DNA of 64,000 nt, taken from Pocillopora damicornis. Lineage: Eukaryota. This document shows positions 58,601 to 64,000 of the stretch, piece after piece (positions within the stretch are counted from its first letter, which is position 1; each line of letters starts with the position of its first letter). The notes beneath the pieces are model-generated. The model worked only from the letters and a program-made list of their open reading frames with translations. It was not told the DNA's origin and did not search any database. Made by a program: the position numbers and the translations under genes. The DNA lies in assembly GCF_003704095.1 (NCBI RefSeq), contig NW_020844892.1, positions 186,001 to 250,000 on the forward strand, read 5' to 3'.

Positions 58601-61600
58601 GGGGATAATTAGTTGATTCAATACTAAATTCTCTGAACTGACACGATAAGAATTGTATGGTTGACAGAAAGGAGAATTACAAATTTGATCTAGGTGTTAA
58701 AGGGTTAAATAGTAAGTCAAAATGTCTGAGACTTCTGGCTCTAACGCGCTTGATTTTGTCACGTCAATCTGATATTATTGTGTGCAAAGATGGTTTTTTA
58801 TTTCTTCTTCATAATTCCTCCTTTGCCTTTCATTCCATATCATTTTTTGGTCCAAAGTATTGCGTAACTTTGAGAAATAACTTGAACGGTATTCGATGTA
58901 TTTACATTTCTTACGTTTTTTTTTCGGAAATGGAGAGGTTACCTGTATCTTGCCGGGCCATGTTAATAGCAGACACGAACAATGGCATGTCCACATCACG
59001 TGGATGTATTCCTCTAAACCCTGACAACATGGCGTCGACATCCACAGGATCACATTGAACACCAATGTTTTTGAAAGAAGCACCTGAATGCAGTATATTT
59101 GTTTCACTGTTGGACGAGAAGCATTCATGTAAACCGTCAGAGACGTGTGCCATGTCGATGGGGATGTTAGACATTTGTGCCCTCTCTGGGACATGCTCGG
59201 GGGTCACTCCTGAGTTCGGAAGTTCGACTGCTGGAGGTGCATCTATCTCATCAGTTTGTCCCACTACAAGATGTATGGGATTGAAACCTGTCGGAAAATA
59301 ATGTTCGAAAGCGAATAAGCGAGACAAATTGATTGCTTTGCAAGATTAAAATATTCTTGTCAAAAGCTTGACAATTCCATTCCAGACAGAATACGTTATG
59401 TATTCATATTTTCATTACAGGTTTAAACAAACGTGTTTATGGCTTTCGATATTTGAAATTTATACCCCTAAAATTCAAAAGCTACCTTGTGCAATAAAGT
59501 TAAGACAGTAGAACGCTGAAAGTGCATTTAGTGCTTTGATTAAGTTACTTAAAGCACATGCAGGCAGCAAGGACAGAAATATCGCTTAAATGAATGATTT
59601 CCTCTAACTAAGAAAAGCTTAAACCACTCGTGGCCCCAGGATGCGAGTCACAGTATTTTTATAAATGTACAGCACCTGTAACTATTTATTTAGTTAAGTA
59701 AAGATATGTCTATATTTATTCAATGGATTAGCTCTATATTTGGACTACCTCGATTTCTGTAGCAGCGATCAGCGTGTGTACAGTTATCTATTACTGTGTA
59801 TGTTCATGAGTTCTTGTTATATATCCAAAAATCAAGGTTTTAGAAGGAACTTAGTATCATAAGCACTATCAGTAACCGCTGGCTTTTAATACGTAATCGC
59901 TGCAACGTTTATAAATAAACTCTTAAACTTGAAAGTAAAATCAGTGGCCATTACGGCAATTACACCCCTCTAAGCTTAACACACTAAGTTCATATTCACT
60001 TTTCAGACCGTTAACATCACACGCTTATTTCAAAATTATCCTTTATCAAACAATGCCTGGCGTTTACTTTGCAATTTCACGTCTACTTTACAGTACTTGA
60101 CGTCCAACAATACCATGACGTATCCTTGAATGTTAACTGTATTTTGTGTGACGTTCATCCATACCGGGAAGTTATTTACATGCACGTTAAAACCAAGGTA
60201 AATTCATGCGTGGGAAAATGATGTCATTTTTGTTAGAAAGGTATTTACGTAATAAGTTGGATCACTTTAAACATGCTGATCTTTGATTGTGGCAGATCAG
60301 TATTGCCCTGCTACCGGGCCATGCTCCTTCCATGAAAAGTCAGTAGAATCAGCTGCATGCATGAACTTGAATGGGTACACAAACAGAACACAAACCTCCT
60401 GGTTGTCTCATCTTTAAGGCTGTCACAAACCACGAAGGAACATCCACCCCTTTCTCTTCTGCTTCCTTGTTAAGCTCCTCCAAAAGCGAACTTAAATCCT
60501 CCAGGGTACATTGTACACCAAAATCAGTCTGTTCTCGACGTGAGTGAATTAAACCAACACCATCACAGGTGTCATATATCCCAAACTGTTGCAAATCAGA
60601 AAATGTTAGCTCGGTCATGACACAAGCATCTCGACACTGATTCTCCTCGATATCTACGTCTTCGTCCTCGTCCATGATAAATTCAGGCTCGTCCAAAACA
60701 GGTAGATAATCTAACTCTGATTGCAAATTCACGAGTGTTTCAGCTTGGAAATTGTCATGAACAAATTCATGAAACGAAGGCGTAGCTCTCTTTTCAGACC
60801 CACTGCCCGCTTGATCTTCGAGATCTCGGATATCTGCTACTGTGAGTTCCGTTTCTGTACCCTTATCATCTTTCTCGACTTCACCATCACTTGAAAGTGC
60901 CATTGTACCATCAATATGGAACTCTCCCAACGTGTGAAGGTGGTCAATATCAGAATTTGTCAATTTTGTCATGACTTCTTTGTCCTCCTTGGGTGCAAGC
61001 ATTCCTGATAGTTCACTACCATTGTCATTAATACTTTTCAAAAGATTTTCCGCTTCCTCTAAGTATTCCAAATCGGCAGTTGTGAGGTCCGTCATTACCC
61101 CTGCATCTTCTGAACTAGCGAGTTCTGCAGCCCCAAAAGAATCCTCTTTGCAAGAAAGTTCTACTTCTTCCAGGTACTGTAGTTCAGATGAGCTGTCCTC
61201 TTGTTCAATTCTAACCCAAGAGGGGTCTTTTTCCTGTGGTTGCTCCCGCTGTAGTCTCTCATACTCGTCCTCCATACACTCTATGGAGGCCAATGTCACA
61301 CTTGTCATGATCTCTGCAGTCCTCTCGCTATTCATGTCCTCAGATCTTCTATCAAGCTCGTGATTATTGTAAGAACTTTCTACACCCATTAAATAATCCA
61401 AATCGTCAATCGCTAGTTCAGTCATGACCTCCTTCTCTTCCGTTTCTTGACGTATACTACTTTCGTCTTTCAAATATTTCAAATCTTCAGTTGTGATAAC
61501 TGTCATAGACTCCTTCTCAACCTTCTCCACAGAATGTAACTTTCTAAAGTCGTCGTATTCCACCAACGTTTTCTTGTAAAGAACTTCTATATCTTCAAAA

Positions 61601-64000
61601 TACTCGAGAATGTTGGCTGTCAACTCGGTCATGGTGTGCTTATTCTGCATATGAACAGACACTGAGGTAGACCTTGAACGCCGTCTCCACTTCGGTGCTT
61701 TACTTTCCTCGTTTTCAGTGGGAGCTGATTCCAGTTTTCCGCGAACTTGAAACTTCGTATGCGGAGGGTCACTCCTATGTTCTTTTCTGTCTATGTAAAA
61801 CAAGCATTGCATGTGTGCAGAGTCAACATCCTCCAGACGTTGTAGATCCAAAACCGATAAGTCTGTCATAATATTTGCGTTTTCTTTCTTCACTGTGGCA
61901 GCTTCAAGCCCGTCGTGTTTATCAGCAAGGTATTCCTCCTGAGCTGCTTTAACATCTTCCAAGTAGTTCAAATCGGATGCAGTTAAGTCTGTCATTACTT
62001 CAACGCTTTCTTTGTCTACAATTCTGACGTGTNNNNNNNNNNNNNNNNNNNNNNNNNNNNNNNNNNNNNNNNNNNNNNNNNNNNNNNNNNNNNNNNNNNN
62101 NNNNNNNNNNNNNNNNNNNNNNNNNNNNNNNNNNNNNNNNNNNNNNNNNNNNNNNNNNNNNNNNNNNNNNNNNNNNNNNNNNNNNNNNNNNNNNNNNNNN
62201 NNNNNNNNNNNNNNNNNNNNNNNNNNNNNNNNNNNNNNNNNNNNNNNNNNNNNNNNNNNNNNNNNNNNNNNNNNNNNNNNNNNNNNNNNNNNNNNNNNNN
62301 NNNNNNNNNNNNNNNNNNNNNNNNNNNNNNNNNNNNNNNNNNNNNNNNNNNNNNNNNNNNNNNNNNNNNNNNNNNNNNNNNNNNNNNNNNNNNNNNNNNN
62401 NTTCAAATCAGATGAAGTCAAGTCTGTCATTACTTCAACGCTTTCTTTGTCCACAATTCTGATGTCTAATTCTTCGTGTTTATCAGCAAGGTATTCCTCC
62501 TGAGCTGCTTTAATATCTTCCAAGTAGTTCAAATCAGATGCAGTTAAGTCTGTCATTACTTCCACGCTTTCTTTGTCCACAATTCTGACATCTAATTCTT
62601 CGTGCTTATCAGCAAGGCATTCTTCATGAGCAGCTTCAACATCTTCCAAGTAGTTCAAATCAGATGAAGTCAAGTCTGTCATTATTTCAACGCTTTCTTT
62701 GTCCACAGTTTTGATGTCTAATTCTTCGTGCTTATCAGCAAGGCATTCCTCATGAGCTGCTTCAACATCTTCCAAGTAGTTCAAATCAGATGCAGTTAAG
62801 TCTGTCATTACTTCAACGCTTTCTTTGTCCACAGTTCTGATGTCTAATTCTTCGTGCTTATCAGCAAGGCATTCCTCATGCGCTGCTTCAACATCTTCCA
62901 AGTAGTTCAAATCAGATGCAGTTAGGTCTGTCATTACTTCCACGCTTTCTTTGTCTACAATTCTGGCATCTAATTCTTCTTGTTTATGAACAAGACATGC
63001 CTCATGAGCGGCTTCAACATCTTTTAAGTATTTCAAATCGGACGCAGTTAAATCTGTCATTACTCCCACACTTTCTTTGTCTCCAATTCTGAAATATAAT
63101 TTGTCCTCCCCATCAACAAGGCATACCTTATGAGAGGCTTCAACACCTTCCAGTAGCTGTGGATCCGAAGCAGTCAAACTGTGGACACTTATGGCTCCAT
63201 ATCTGTTGGCCTGTGGTTCCGCATTTCTATCAGGAGTACATTCATTTCTTGGCCCTTTCACAGCCTCCAAGTATTTTAGGTCCGACAGAGTGAAATCAGT
63301 CATGGTTTCAACACTGTGCTTCTCAGCAAAGCACACATCATTAACCGCATCAACGTTTTCATAGCACTTAAGATCCGAGACGGTAAGATATGTCATTGTC
63401 TCCACAGTTAACCTTTCCACTGAATTCTTTTCATTCTCAAGTTCTTCGCTTTTTCCTCGCAAACTACTAATCTCCACATCATATCTCTGCTCGATTCCCA
63501 TGTCAGCAATTGTTTTGTTTTCTTCCCTACCATTTAAACGTTCCCTGTGTAATTTCTCTTCTTGCCCCCAATATTCTATATCATCAGAAGTTAGCTCTGT
63601 AGCTACACACTTGTCTACTTTGGGATACCTCTGGTGAAGTTTTTCAGTTTGATGTAGAGGCTCGAGGACGGGAATGGTTACGTCTGTCGAGATCATCTTG
63701 TCCATTTTCTCTGTACTGAACTCCAGGAGACCATTTGCCCCTTCTAACAAATGGTCGAGAATCGAAACTGTCAGATCTGTCGCAGTGTACTTCTCTTCTT
63801 TTCTTACCTCTTCGTCTGCACCAGCTCTCGTCTTTTGTCTGTAAAGCTCTTCTACTTCCTCAAGGTACTGAAGGACGTCATGTGTAATGTCTGTCATGCT
63901 CTCTTGCTCCCATTTTTCTACCATCGGTAGACTTTCCTCCTGACGAGCAGCATTCTCAATGTAAAAATCCTCAAGCTCCGAAAGCTCGACAAACGTCAGT
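28500..64000 (-). CDS. Giant RIM-binding-protein-like scaffold (acidic repeats, coiled coil, SH3-SH3-FN3-SH3-SH3); 5' end lies outside the window
   Basis: About 52 GT-AG exons join in phase: >64000-60396, 59287-58943, 58301-58104, 57238-56994, 18 mini-exons in 56152-47862, 44867-43707, six 30-33-nt exons in 43178-41669, 41457-41380, 41283-41185, 41050-40985, 40876-40652, 40275-40082, 39868-39823, 39679-39623, 39493-39281, 38341-38009, 37201-36976, 36576-36512, 36148-36079, 35466-35137, 33836-33706, 33608-33555, 33375-33250, 32840-32817, 31919-31785, 31476-31393, 30904-30785, 30166-30056, 29184-29101, 28547-28500 (stop). The SH3 domains carry the RIMBP-type ALYDYDP..SP....EL and D/NG(F/Y)(Y/F/L) signatures. 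A single transcript is inferred, not shown. Confidence 0.75.
29101..31919 (-). CDS. Exons encoding the two C-terminal SH3 domains of the RIMBP-like gene
   Basis: FVALYDYDPFKSSPNQNPAAEMSFKEGD..DGYF.G|LKNRKGLIPSNFIEE and MVALYDYNPEVQSPQDNPDSELPLKKGQ..FGDM|RADGFYQAEVNGELGLVPGSFL. Confidence 0.9.
33250..33836 (-). CDS. Three exons encoding a single FN3 domain (RIMBP-type)
   Basis: PSAPSNF....MLVGWTLP.MD..GRSSG..VKGYK|IYANDD....SPYMAK|ALVEGL...F.IKTV..NG.SS. Confidence 0.8.
34581..34615. repeat. (AAT)n microsatellite
   Basis: About 11 AAT units. A similar run lies at ~5928-5953. Confidence 0.9.
36512..38341 (-). CDS. Exons encoding the first two SH3 domains of the RIMBP-like gene
   Basis: FIALFDYDPHSS..PDLELKLKEGD..GDMDINGYLEADLNGERGLVPSLYV and LVALYDYDPF...QLTLKKGD...DANGFYRVFLNG|QTGFVPGQMV. 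Confidence 0.9.
43707..44867 (-). CDS. 1161-nt exon encoding a disordered Pro/Ser/Glu-rich segment
   Basis: Open frame of 387 codons with an AG acceptor and GTAAG donor, phase 0-0. Contains EETQTD and LPPLPESSPPPLPSEPPP. Confidence 0.85.
47862..56152 (-). repeat. Array of about 18 phase-0 mini-exons (51-72 nt), most encoding one L-E-x-E-N-x-x-L-x-x-K-I-x-x-L-E coiled-coil unit
   Basis: Examples: SLKELEEENELLRKHLLILESGK (56152-56084), DVKDVEKENDKLREQVKALEEASM (54357-54286), RVKELEGENETLNEKIEALKASA (53544-53476), VVERLEEENSVLKENIKILEDTTS (51998-51927), ELENLKQENRRLCEELKELRRTVQ (47933-47862). Confidence 0.8.
50304..50516. mobile_element. piggyBac-like MITE (TTAA TSD), same family as 13934-14128
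   Basis: ttaa-ccctttaacttcc ... gggagttaaaggg-ttaa. Confidence 0.85.
57902..57982. mobile_element. Very short MITE-like element
   Basis: Terminal inverted repeats tctcctttgcagc and gctgcgaaggaga. Confidence 0.5.
58498..58708. mobile_element. piggyBac-like MITE (TTAA TSD), inverted relative to the other two copies
   Basis: ttaa-cccctaaactccc..gaccaagacagaatttctcctt ... taggtgttaaaggg-ttaa. Confidence 0.85.
60396..64000 (-). CDS. Giant (>3.6 kb) acidic repeat-encoding exon, open to the window edge
   Basis: The frame is open from 64000 (LTFVELSELEDF..) to the donor G|gtttg at 60396. Degenerate (V/T/S)MT-x-LT-x-x-DL-x-YLE units occur throughout. Confidence 0.9.
61850..63090 (-). repeat. Near-perfect 126-bp (42-aa) coding tandem repeat spanning an assembly gap (N at 62033-62401)
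   Basis: Unit VMTDLTASDLNYLEDVEAAHEECLADKHEELDIRTVDKESVE, with at least 6-7 copies visible. Confidence 0.95.

Overview
Eukaryotic (animal) DNA: AT-rich, intron-rich, with GT-AG splicing. The repeat families (TTAA MITEs, Penelope-type hammerhead repeats, tRNA-SINE remnants) suggest a scleractinian coral, which is an inference. Three host genes were reconstructed by hand. (1) A complete 12-exon allantoicase (ALLC) on the minus strand, 4840-22365, 389 aa. (2) Head-to-head with it, a 464-aa gene with an intronless CDS (23596-24990, +). It joins a chimaerin-type N-terminus (N-terminal segment, SH2, C1) to a NEURL4-like ADP-ribosyltransferase-fold domain that appears to lack its H-Y-E catalytic residues, in place of the RhoGAP. 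(3) A very large minus-strand RIM-binding-protein-like gene (28500 to beyond 64000, about 52 exons, more than 3200 aa in the window). It has a giant acidic exon of 42-aa repeats with LC8-like (T/V)MT motifs, a coiled coil built from arrays of phase-0 mini-exons, and an SH3-SH3-FN3-SH3-SH3 C-terminus. Mobile DNA includes a decayed Polinton/adintovirus-type PolB, a ~46-bp minisatellite, Penelope-type hammerhead ribozymes, L2 and L1/Tx1 LINE fragments, TTAA MITEs, and a 1.7-kb foldback/MULE-like element with a perfect 9-bp TSD that carries a kinase fragment. Family assignments come from motif recognition and recalled sequences; no database searches were run.
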